A stretch of 64,000 nucleotides of DNA from Candidatus Woesearchaeota archaeon CG1_02_57_44 (GTDB lineage: Archaea > Nanobdellota > Nanobdellia > Woesearchaeales > CG1-02-57-44). Below the pieces are notes generated by a model that saw nothing but the letters and a program-made list of their open reading frames with translations, did no database searches and was not told the DNA's origin. Below, one piece after another: positions 28,786 to 37,405 of this stretch. Numbering within the stretch: position 1 is the first letter of the stretch; each line of letters starts with the position of its first letter. A program made the position numbers and the translations under genes. Location of the stretch: contig MNWW01000058.1 in assembly GCA_001871415.1 (NCBI GenBank), positions 1 through 64,000 on the forward strand. Reading direction: 5' to 3'.

Positions 28786-29285
28786 GCGCTCACCTCCCCA
28801 AGATAGGAAAGCACATCCTGTGCATGCCCCTGCGCCTTGACATCATCATAGCGCTTGAGCAGGCGCTTGTCCTTGTCCAGCAGGAACGTGGTGCGATGGA
28901 TACCATCGAACGTGCGGCCCATGAATTGTTTGGGACCGTATACACCCCATCGCCTGCAGACGCTGAACCCCGGATCGCTGAGCAGCGGGAACGTGAGCCC
29001 GTGCTTCTCGCAGAAGCTCGCCTTGCTCTTCTCATCGCCGCCCCCGATGCCAATGATACTCGCCCCAAGCTGCGTGAGCGCGGGCAACGTCCTCTGGAAC
29101 TCCTGCGCCTCGATGGTGCAGCCGGGGGTGTTATCCTTTGGATAGAAATAGACGATCGCATAGGGGGTCGTGATGGCGCTCAGCGCATACAGCCTGCCGT
29201 CCCTGTCGGGCAGGGAGAAATCCGGAGCCACGCCTCCTTTGTCCAGTCTCGTCGAGCGTGTTGTGTGATTATTCGTGTGTCCCAT
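28782..29285 (-). CDS. bcp: Peroxiredoxin Bcp/PrxQ
   Basis: YFYPKDNTPGCTIEA, RTTF. Confidence 0.93.
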   Translation of the reverse strand: MGHTNNHTTRSTRLDKGGVAPDFSLPDRDGRLYALSAITTPYAIVYFYPKDNTPGCTIEAQEFQRTLPALTQLGASIIGIGGGDEKSKASFCEKHGLTFPLLSDPGFSVCRRWGVYGPKQFMGRTFDGIHRTTFLLDKDKRLLKRYDDVKAQGHAQDVLSYLGEVSA

Positions 29286-29375
29286 GTCTCTTCACTTCTT
29301 CATCCATCAACCTGAATCAACCCTTGACCAATGTCTGCGCAATGCCCGGTCGCACTACGTCTGCGCAATGCACGA

Positions 29376-29624
29376 TCACAGCCTGATGCTCACCGTACCT
29401 TCCTGCAGGATGCATTGGCAGCAGAGCCGTTCGTCGTCAGCAAGTCCCATCTGCAGCTCCATCTCGTTCTTGGGGCCGAGATGCTGCATGCCTGACTCTA
29501 CCGTCACTCTGCAGGTCCCGCACATACCGCTGCGACAGCCGAAGGGGATCCCCAGCTCTTCGCACGCGTCCTTGATGGGGCCGTCGACAGCCATGCTGAT
29601 GCCATTCACCTGCAATGTAGCCAT
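29376..29624 (-). CDS. [2Fe-2S] ferredoxin
   Basis: CRSGMCGTC...RLCCQ. Confidence 0.92.
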   Translation of the reverse strand: MATLQVNGISMAVDGPIKDACEELGIPFGCRSGMCGTCRVTVESGMQHLGPKNEMELQMGLADDERLCCQCILQEGTVSIRL

Positions 29625-29628
29625 GCGA

Positions 29629-30072
29629 TCACGCCTTGACCTGCTTGCCGCAGTCCTTGCACGTGCCTTCTATGGTGACCGACACGCGCTTTGCGGAAAA
29701 TCCACAGGGCAACTTGCGAAGCGCACGATCACGGACAGCGCCGTGAACCTGAGTTTGCTGAGCGTCCAGTATCTTCCCACAGCGTGTGCAGAGCAGATGC
29801 CCATGCTCCCCCACCTGCCCATCAAACCGATATTCGCCATGTAGTGAGATCCTGCGTATCTGGCCTGATTCGGCCATGCGATTGAGATTGCGATAGATGG
29901 TGGCGAGCGATACTTGCGGAAGTGTCTTGCTCACCTCACGATAGACTTCTTCTGCCGTAGGATGTGACTGCACGCTCATCAGGTAGTCCATGATCTTTTG
30001 GCGCTGGACCGTATTGCGGCAGCCGGCGTCAGGTGCGCAATCAGGAAGCTCTGCGCTCTTATTGATAACCAT
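29629..30072 (-). CDS. Fur-family regulator, PerR-like
   Basis: TVQR, HPTAEE, SLATIYRNL, RFD...HGHLLCTRC, CKDC. Confidence 0.92.
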   Translation of the reverse strand: MVINKSAELPDCAPDAGCRNTVQRQKIMDYLMSVQSHPTAEEVYREVSKTLPQVSLATIYRNLNRMAESGQIRRISLHGEYRFDGQVGEHGHLLCTRCGKILDAQQTQVHGAVRDRALRKLPCGFSAKRVSVTIEGTCKDCGKQVKA

Positions 30073-30079
30073 TATTATT

Positions 30080-30094
30080 TGGGAATGTCTCCTA
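30080..30094. promoter_or_regulatory. Imperfect 7-1-7 inverted repeat between TATA box and Fur/PerR start
   Basis: TGGGAAT-G-TCTCCTA; TATA at about 30096-30104 (minus). Confidence 0.3.
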
Positions 30095-30205
30095 TTATAT
30101 AAAACTTGTGAAGGACGGTAGCGCACGCAAGGATGGAGGCAGGACCCAAACAGGAAGCCTTTGCATCCACAAAGCATATTAATACCCAAAGTGAAGCGAG
30201 ACTCC

Positions 30206-30787
30206 ATGGCAAGACTCAAAGGCGCCCCTTTAGCGATATCCGGCGCCATTATCGCGGCATTTGGCTACTTTGTCCAGCTCAAGACCGGCACCATGAAACT
30301 GATAATCTTTGAATTGATAGGCGTAGTCATGCTGCTCGTCGGACTGTTTCGCCTGCGCGGCGAGCGCGCGGCGGCAAGCCAGCAGAAGCAGGCGCGTGAG
30401 CATGCGCGTGCGCAGCAATTGCAGGCAGAGAGAGCAAGGCATCAGGCGCAGCAGCATCCGCTTGTGTCATCCCACCCACAGCAGGCGCCACAGCAGGCGA
30501 GACAGGCACCTGCGCAGCAGCACAACACGCAACAGACGCCTGCCACAGCGCAAGCGCATCTATCGCAAAGCGTCCATCAGGCGACCCAACACCCTCTTCC
30601 AGTCCATCAGTCGGCGCAGCGCCCAGCGCAGAGAAATGCGGCGCAACCTGATCAAAGACAACCTGCACCAGGCCATGCCCGCGTGCGCACCGGTCATTGT
30701 CCCATCTGCCATGGTATCCTGTATCCAGGCGCGACCAGGTGCGGCTCCTGCGGTGTCACGTTCCATCAGCCCTATAAGGGGATATGA
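30206..30787 (+). CDS. 2-TM protein with Gln-rich linker and C-terminal zinc ribbon
   Basis: CPIC...CGSC at the C-terminus. Confidence 0.75.
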   Translation: MARLKGAPLAISGAIIAAFGYFVQLKTGTMKLIIFELIGVVMLLVGLFRLRGERAAASQQKQAREHARAQQLQAERARHQAQQHPLVSSHPQQAPQQARQAPAQQHNTQQTPATAQAHLSQSVHQATQHPLPVHQSAQRPAQRNAAQPDQRQPAPGHARVRTGHCPICHGILYPGATRCGSCGVTFHQPYKGI

Positions 30788-30851
30788 ACACAGCAGAAAT
30801 GACTGGGCGTACCGCACAAATTATTTAATCATTGACTGGTTCTTTGGACGG

Positions 30852-31136
30852 ATGCAAAGCACACAGCAAGCATCGCAGTTGGAACACTATGATGCGCTGG
30901 CAGAACACATAGTACTCCAAGGCATGGACGCCAGTCAGCTTGAGCAGGTCGCTTCCTACAGGCCGGGTATGACCTTCCAGGATGTGGCAGGTGCTGTGCA
31001 GGCAGCTGGGCCTGCTGCTGCTGCAAGAGGGTTTGAAGCAGCAATCGCCGCGATGGCGACGAACCTGGCCCAAGTCGTTGAGATAGATGCCACGGTATCT
31101 CTGCCAGAGTATGTCATTCTACTCAGAGAGCTATAG
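30852..31136 (+). CDS. Hypothetical protein
   Basis: ATG about 25 nt after TTATTTAA; protein-like composition. Confidence 0.55.
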   Translation: MQSTQQASQLEHYDALAEHIVLQGMDASQLEQVASYRPGMTFQDVAGAVQAAGPAAAARGFEAAIAAMATNLAQVVEIDATVSLPEYVILLREL

Positions 31137-31206
31137 CGATTTCTGACAAGGGAGCGCGCCGCGAGAGATAGCAAACGAGCGGCAGGTATCGATGACCACA
31201 GCAGCG

Positions 31207-32289
31207 CTACGGCTTTCTTGACAGCTGCCGCTTGAGATTCTTCAGGGCTTCCTTGACAGAGGCATACGGGCCCCATCCCTTGGCATCGGCCTGGACTTTG
31301 CCCTTCTTGCCGGTGAGCGTCGCTTGGGTGCGCGTCAGACGCTTCTCCTTGACATGCTCCTTGAAGAAACTGAGCTTCACGCGCAGCCTGCCTTCACCTT
31401 CCCTGCGGCCCATGTCATCGGAGAAGCTGGCGAGCTCGCCCTGCACACGGGAGCGCTCGAACGGATCAAGATCCTGCAATCCTTGCGCTTCCACTTCCAG
31501 GCCGCTTGTCGTATCCTTTGCCTCAGCAAGGGGCCTGAGCAAATCGTGCTTCGTGATGATGCCTGCGAGCAGGTCACCGTCAACAACAGGAATGGCTGTG
31601 ATGCTCTTATCCACCATGATGCCGATGACTTTTTGCACTGTATCATCAGGCGTGCAGGTGATGGGCTGCCTGGTCATGATGTCCTTGACCCTGACCTTGG
31701 CCATCTTGACTTTTTCGCCAGCGAGATCGCCCTTGCGCATCTTATGCTGCGGTCCGTACTTGGTGACCATATCGTGCAGCGTGATGATGCCCTCAAGCTT
31801 CTTGTCCAAGACGACAGGCGCGCGCGAGATGTTCTTGTGTCTAAAGAGCGCGAGCACGGATCCAATGCTCTGATCAGGAGTGACGATGGCGGGCTTGGCG
31901 GTCATGAAGTGCTTGACCTTGCGCTTGCCAAAGTCTTCCTTTGCCATGCAGGAGAGCACATGATCGTCAGTGACGACACCAAGCGGCTTGTTGCGGTCAG
32001 CGATGGCAACAGATTTCTTCTGGCTGCCAAGAAAAACAGCCGCCGCGTCAGCGACCGTGGCTTTGGGCGAGAGCACCGGTGTATGTGTGAGGATATCGCT
32101 GGCCGTGCCCTGTTCCAGACGGCTCCTGACGATATCGCGCTCCGTGAGCGTGCCAGTAGGCTTGCCATCCTCAATGACAATGAGCGCGGGCTGCTGCTTG
32201 ACTTTTTCCAGCGCGACAGCAATGGGCGTTGATCCAGGAATCGCTTCAGCAGCCAGTAGCCCGCAGTCAGCCAGGGAGATATCGTTCAT
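31207..32289 (-). CDS. Four-CBS-domain protein with C-terminal HPF/RaiA-like domain
   Basis: GTLTERDI, GVVTDDHV, GIITLHDM, GIITKHDL; tail ADAKGWGPYASVKEALKNLKRQL. Confidence 0.8.
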   Translation of the reverse strand: MNDISLADCGLLAAEAIPGSTPIAVALEKVKQQPALIVIEDGKPTGTLTERDIVRSRLEQGTASDILTHTPVLSPKATVADAAAVFLGSQKKSVAIADRNKPLGVVTDDHVLSCMAKEDFGKRKVKHFMTAKPAIVTPDQSIGSVLALFRHKNISRAPVVLDKKLEGIITLHDMVTKYGPQHKMRKGDLAGEKVKMAKVRVKDIMTRQPITCTPDDTVQKVIGIMVDKSITAIPVVDGDLLAGIITKHDLLRPLAEAKDTTSGLEVEAQGLQDLDPFERSRVQGELASFSDDMGRREGEGRLRVKLSFFKEHVKEKRLTRTQATLTGKKGKVQADAKGWGPYASVKEALKNLKRQLSRKP

Positions 32290-32415
32290 AGAAAGACGCA
32301 AGTGACAGTGATTAATAACATTTGTTGTTGGCATTGCTCGGATTCGGATAGCCGCCAATGACCAACAAGGTACAATAAGCCGTGCGTATGATGAGCAGTG
32401 GCAGCTCAGCGCGTT

Positions 32416-32982
32416 TCAGCACTGTTTCCTATCCAGGACTGCTGCGGCATCCTTGAGCAGCTGCTGCGTCTCAGGAAACACTACCAGCGCAAGCGCATCC
32501 TGCAGACCGACCCACCTGAAAGCAGTATGTTCGGGAGATAGGCAGACGTCGCAGTCCGCTTTCGCGAGAAAGTAAGCCACGGTCTTTGGATGCCTTCCTG
32601 CAGCGTCTTCATAGGTATACGTTATCTCTGTGTAGAAATCCTCAAGACCTGATGCCATTGCGGTCTCGCCGATGCCCGTCTCTTCCTGTAATTCACGAAG
32701 CGCTGCTATCCTGTCTAGCTGACTGTCAACATGCCCCTTTGGAAGGTCCCAATGCCCTTTGGCGCTCTTGATGAGCAAGAATTCGGGCGCGCACTGCGCC
32801 TGTGCATCAGGTCTATGCCCGCCAGAAGCATTATGGCAGTGCCGGTAGATAATCACTCCAGCAGAGCGCTCATGGTCTATGCGTGCAGAATTTGCAGGAT
32901 GTGGTGCTTGAGCGCCTGCGCACTCGGGACCATGCCCCTCACTGGCGTGCGAATCAGCGCATCCTTTTTTAGGCATAACCAT
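32416..32982 (-). CDS. NUDIX hydrolase (Ap4A hydrolase-like)
   Basis: SAGVII, HWDLPKGH..AALRELQEETG, LSPEH. Confidence 0.9.
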   Translation of the reverse strand: MVMPKKGCADSHASEGHGPECAGAQAPHPANSARIDHERSAGVIIYRHCHNASGGHRPDAQAQCAPEFLLIKSAKGHWDLPKGHVDSQLDRIAALRELQEETGIGETAMASGLEDFYTEITYTYEDAAGRHPKTVAYFLAKADCDVCLSPEHTAFRWVGLQDALALVVFPETQQLLKDAAAVLDRKQC

Positions 32983-33127
32983 GCTCTTTAAAAGGATGCA
33001 GAACTGGTTTAAATAGCCATTGCGAAATTATTAAATAGGGGTGTGCCCAAAATGAGAATGGGGGGTTTCAGAAAGCACCGTTAAGACAAACTTCATCATC
33101 ATAGCTTTTGCTATGGGGGGTGTTTCG

Positions 33128-33640
33128 ATGAAGCAACAGACGGTGCGGCTCACAAAGAGCCGCGTTGTTAAGACTGTGTCAGAGGCAGTTGGACCTGATG
33201 TAGTTCCTGTAGTCGAGTCCCTGTGGGGAAAACAGGATCTCTCAGAGTTCATCATAGCGCAGAAACTGAAGATGGAGATACATCAAGTACGTAACCTCCT
33301 CTACAGGCTCTACGCACAGCATCTGGCGACATACTTTAAGAAAAAGGACCGCGAGAAGGGATGGTATGTTGGCTATTGGACCTTCAACAAGCCAAGAGTG
33401 CACGAGATAGTCGAGTCGCTCAAGGCGCAGAAGCTTGACAAGCTCAAGACCAGATTACGCCGCGAGGTGGCTCAGCGGGATAATTTTTATCTCTGCCCGC
33501 ATGGTTGTGTCAGAGCCACATTTGACAATGCAGCTGATCTGCAGTTCAAATGCCCGGAGTGCAGCAGCATCCTGTCCGTGCAGGAGAATGGCAGGACCAT
33601 CGAGAACCTCAAGGCCCAGATACAGCAGCTTGAGGCATGA
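33128..33640 (+). CDS. tfe: Transcription factor E
   Basis: wHTH VRNLLYRL, GWYVGYW, zinc ribbon CPHGC..FKCPEC. Confidence 0.92.
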   Translation: MKQQTVRLTKSRVVKTVSEAVGPDVVPVVESLWGKQDLSEFIIAQKLKMEIHQVRNLLYRLYAQHLATYFKKKDREKGWYVGYWTFNKPRVHEIVESLKAQKLDKLKTRLRREVAQRDNFYLCPHGCVRATFDNAADLQFKCPECSSILSVQENGRTIENLKAQIQQLEA

Positions 33641-33792
33641 GGTAAGACCATATGCGCGGGAAGCAGTTCCCGGCGATTTTTTCTTTTTTGGTTCCAATGC
33701 TTTCTTGAGTAGAAACGATTCTATGACCGATAGCCATCGCCTTTATCGATCCTGTCAAAAAATATATATAGCAACCGCGGCTCGTTGCCGCT

Positions 33793-34863
33793 ATGGGTCA
33801 TTTTGACAGTATGCTCGGCGCAGATGAATCCCTGTTTCGCATGGCCGCCGCGCTGGACTATGACCACCAGCCAAAGATGGTGCCGTATCGCGAGAACGAG
33901 CAGCAGCAGATAGCGCTGTGCATCAAACCACTGCTCGCCGGGAGAAACGGACGCAACGCCATCCTCTACGGCAGGCCAGGCGTAGGCAAGACCGTCGCCA
34001 TCAAGCACATTCTCGCAGAGCTGGAAGAAGAGACAGATGATGTCAGCGCAATCTACATCAACTGCTGGCAGAAGACTTCCAGCTATAAGGCAATGCTGGA
34101 CATCTGCGAGGCCATCGGCTTTAAGTTCACGCAGAACAAGCGCACTGACGAGCTCTTCCAGATTGTAGCGAAGATTGTCAACAAGGGCGCGGGCGTCTTT
34201 GTCCTGGACGAGGTGGACAAGCTCGAGGACCTTGACCTGCTCTACTGGATCCTGGAAGGCGTGTACAAGAAGAGCATCATCCTGATAACGAATTTCGAGA
34301 ATTGGGTAGCGAATCTTGACTCGCGCATCAAGAGCCGCCTCGTGCCTGAATCGATACAGTTCAAGCCCTACAACGCTGTCGAGACCAAAGGCATCCTGGA
34401 GCAGCGAAAGGATATCGCGTTCGTGCCAGGCGTCTGGAAGCCTGACGCCTTCGACCTGGTCGTTGCGAAAGCCCACACCTTGCAGGACATCAGGACCGGG
34501 CTCTATCTGATGCGCGAATCAGGACAGACCGCCGAGGACGCCTCATCAAAGACCATCACGGATACCCATGTCAACACGGCCATCGCGAAGCTGCCGGATT
34601 TCACGAGCAAAGACCCGGAAGGTCTCAACGATGACAATCAGTTCATCCTGCAGCTGGTTAGCGAGCTGGGCGAAGTCAAGATAGGCGATCTTTTCCGCGA
34701 GTACGAGAAGCGTGGTGGCAAGAGCGCATACAAGACCTTCCAGCGCCGCGTCGCGACCCTGGAGAAGGGATCTTTTGTCGCGACCAAGAAGCTGACCGGC
34801 GGCGCTGAAGGAACGACTACGCTTGTGCGTAAGGCCAACAAGGGTCTTGATGAGTTCGCGTAG
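33793..34863 (+). CDS. cdc6: Orc1/Cdc6 replication initiator
   Basis: YGRPGVGKT, YINC, VLDEVD, SRIKSR, FKPY, C-terminal wHTH. Confidence 0.92.
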   Translation: MGHFDSMLGADESLFRMAAALDYDHQPKMVPYRENEQQQIALCIKPLLAGRNGRNAILYGRPGVGKTVAIKHILAELEEETDDVSAIYINCWQKTSSYKAMLDICEAIGFKFTQNKRTDELFQIVAKIVNKGAGVFVLDEVDKLEDLDLLYWILEGVYKKSIILITNFENWVANLDSRIKSRLVPESIQFKPYNAVETKGILEQRKDIAFVPGVWKPDAFDLVVAKAHTLQDIRTGLYLMRESGQTAEDASSKTITDTHVNTAIAKLPDFTSKDPEGLNDDNQFILQLVSELGEVKIGDLFREYEKRGGKSAYKTFQRRVATLEKGSFVATKKLTGGAEGTTTLVRKANKGLDEFA

Positions 34864-34945
34864 TGGCAGATAGCGAAAGCAAGTCCGTCACCACCGCAAC
34901 ATTCTCAGGCAAGCGTCGCTTCGTGTCCGAATGTCCAGGACACGA

Positions 34946-35842
34946 CTATCGCCCTTGAACTTCAGGGCAGTACGCAGTGACGCCACAGATGCCTGGTGTG
35001 CGGTGCGCATGAATCGGCAACTCAGGGATGAACAACACACCATTCCCGAACGCGGAATTCAGCGTCGAAAACAGATCAGATTGAGCCTGTGTCTTGAACG
35101 CCAACTCCATAGCATGATACCTGCTGGAGGTGAACGACTGACCCTCGGGATCCAATCCCTCACGCAGGCTCTCGAGCAATGGAAACCCTCTGCCCACGCT
35201 ATACGCGAACTGCCCGCAATCAGGATGCGAATGCACGTAGACCCGAAGGTGCTTGGCTTCAGAGGCTCGCTGGACGATGGCGTAGAGGACCGTATTGGCG
35301 AGAGACGCAGGAGCCGCGGTCGGGTCGCCGAAAGCGAAGCCACCGCCTTGCAGGTATTGCGTCCCGAGGAAGTCCGCATGCTCAGGGAAGCTATGCGCGA
35401 GCCGACGTGCCGGATCAGCGCGCTTGGGTTTAAGGAACGCATAGCTATCGCCAGGGATGCCCATGACGAGCGCGGGCTGGTTATTCCCGTCTGTACCTGC
35501 GGCGAGCTGCAACACACCGTCCGAAAGAGCATCATGCACATCCCCTGCCCTTATGCGCTCGAAGAGCCCGTCGCCCGCATGGCGCACCAGCAGCTGCTGC
35601 CAGCCGGAGGGAGCCACCTGGACATGCTCGGGTGTGTAGCTGACGTCGACATCGACTGTCTTGTATCTGCCACGGATATGATCGAGCTCAAGCGTCGGGA
35701 AAGAGACCTGCGCAGGATAGCAAGGATCGACACAGCTGATGTGTAGCTGATCAAATACCAATGGGAGACCTGCCTCATCGAGCAGATGGATGATGGAATC
35801 ACCAGCCCTGGCGAGGGATTGTTCGGTCAGTGGTTCATGCAT
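34946..35842 (-). CDS. Hypothetical protein, possibly a divergent beta-carbonic-anhydrase fold
   Basis: ISCVD (C37/D39) and HSHPDCG (H206/C209). Confidence 0.55.
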   Translation of the reverse strand: MHEPLTEQSLARAGDSIIHLLDEAGLPLVFDQLHISCVDPCYPAQVSFPTLELDHIRGRYKTVDVDVSYTPEHVQVAPSGWQQLLVRHAGDGLFERIRAGDVHDALSDGVLQLAAGTDGNNQPALVMGIPGDSYAFLKPKRADPARRLAHSFPEHADFLGTQYLQGGGFAFGDPTAAPASLANTVLYAIVQRASEAKHLRVYVHSHPDCGQFAYSVGRGFPLLESLREGLDPEGQSFTSSRYHAMELAFKTQAQSDLFSTLNSAFGNGVLFIPELPIHAHRTPGICGVTAYCPEVQGR

Positions 35843-36063
35843 GATATTTACCTGTCAATCTCGGCAGCCCTACGCGACGCATAACAGCGTTTCTGCGACG
35901 CGAAATCGTGTGCCGATAGGCTCCGCAATCCCCATCCCGTTTATAAACATTACCCGAACCCGCCACAAGATACACTACCCAGACACGACACTATGCGTCT
36001 ACATACCAGTAGCGTCGACAACCAACAAACTTTTTATAGACAACACAGTTTGCGGCTTTCGGA

Positions 36064-36636
36064 ATGATTACGCTGAACCCGGATGAATTTCGAGACCGTC
36101 AACATCTACTTATTGAGGAAATACGCAAAGGCGCTGTGTTTATCCATCCTACCGATACTATCTATGGCATCGGCGCGAACGCGCAGGACAAGTACGCGGT
36201 GCAGAAGGTACGCGACATCAAGCAGCGGCCCGAACAGCCGTTCTCTGTCATGGCGCCCAGCATCGACTGGATACGCGAGAACTGCCGCATCCCGAAAGAG
36301 GCCGAGGAGTGGCTCCAGAAGCTGCCAGGACCTTACACCTTCGTCTTCAAGCTCAAGAACAAAAAAGCCATAGCACCGGAGACCAACAATGGTGTGGATA
36401 CCATCGGCGTGCGCATCCCGGACCATTGGTTCGCCAAAGTGGTTGCGGAGGCGGGCGTGCCCTTTGTCACCACGTCAGCGAATATCAGCGGCATGGATTT
36501 CATGACCAGCATGGAGACCCTGCACGACGATCTCAACAAAAAGTCAGACTTCATCGTCTACGAGGGCGAGAAAGACGGTCATCCGTCGACCATCGTAAAT
36601 TTTGCTGAGAAGGAGCCGATTGTCGTCGAACGCTGA
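36064..36636 (+). CDS. tsaC: L-threonylcarbamoyladenylate synthase (single-domain TsaC/YrdC)
   Basis: PTDTIYGIG, KQR, PGPYT, GVRIP, TTSANISG, STIV. Confidence 0.93.
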   Translation: MITLNPDEFRDRQHLLIEEIRKGAVFIHPTDTIYGIGANAQDKYAVQKVRDIKQRPEQPFSVMAPSIDWIRENCRIPKEAEEWLQKLPGPYTFVFKLKNKKAIAPETNNGVDTIGVRIPDHWFAKVVAEAGVPFVTTSANISGMDFMTSMETLHDDLNKKSDFIVYEGEKDGHPSTIVNFAEKEPIVVER

Positions 36637-36714
36637 TACAGCAATTGACGCATACCATTTTTGCAGTCGAGCCATGCTCTTGTAATCAATTCTTTCTGTT
36701 AGGGGCAATAAGAC

Positions 36715-37383
36715 CTATTTCCTTCCAAATACCACGCTTTCCAACGCCGCGATGCTCTCCACAATGCAATCAGGCTTGCAAAGCGACAGCTCTGCCTTGC
36801 TATGATGCCCGGTGGCGATGGCGATTGCCATGACGCCAGCGTCCCTGGCGGCGGCGATATCCTTTGGATGATCACCGACGAACGCCATCTGCTCGGGCAG
36901 CAGCCCATACAGGCCAAGCGCTTCCAGCAGTGAAAAGCCCTTGCCTGTTCCAGGTGGCCTGTCTTCATAGCCTCGGATAAAAGGGATGGTGATCCCTGAA
37001 GCCTTCACCGCAGGCAGAACTGCCTTGCGTGTATTGCTGGTGATGATGCCAAGCATGATGCCCGCAGCTGCTAGACGCGCCAGTGCCTGGCGTTCGCGAA
37101 GCTGGCATGGCTGGTAGTGGCGCATCAGCGAATCATCGACCTCTTGCTGCAGCGTATACCTGCCGAGTTCAGGCTGCTGACGCAGGAACTCATCGACAAT
37201 CTCCTTTGGCGTCATGCCCCAGGCCTCCTGAGCACCTAGGTGCTGAAGGGTCACCCCGTGCAGCGCCTCCAGTTCCGCGATAGCCGCGTTGCCAAGGTGC
37301 AGACTGTCCGCCAGAGTCAGATCAAAATCAAAGAGTATTGCCTTAAGCACCGTGTTTGTCACCCCATCTGTGAGAACGGTCAT
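36715..37383 (-). CDS. HAD-superfamily hydrolase
   Basis: FDFDLTLADS, ITSN, FVGDHPKD. Confidence 0.9.
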   Translation of the reverse strand: MTVLTDGVTNTVLKAILFDFDLTLADSLHLGNAAIAELEALHGVTLQHLGAQEAWGMTPKEIVDEFLRQQPELGRYTLQQEVDDSLMRHYQPCQLRERQALARLAAAGIMLGIITSNTRKAVLPAVKASGITIPFIRGYEDRPPGTGKGFSLLEALGLYGLLPEQMAFVGDHPKDIAAARDAGVMAIAIATGHHSKAELSLCKPDCIVESIAALESVVFGRK

Positions 37384-37405
37384 AGCACACGTCCAGCAGT
37401 GCCTC

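Noticed and set aside
32983..33792. Replication origin beside tfe/cdc6
   Set aside because: No repeated ORB consensus visible; intergenic gaps are short
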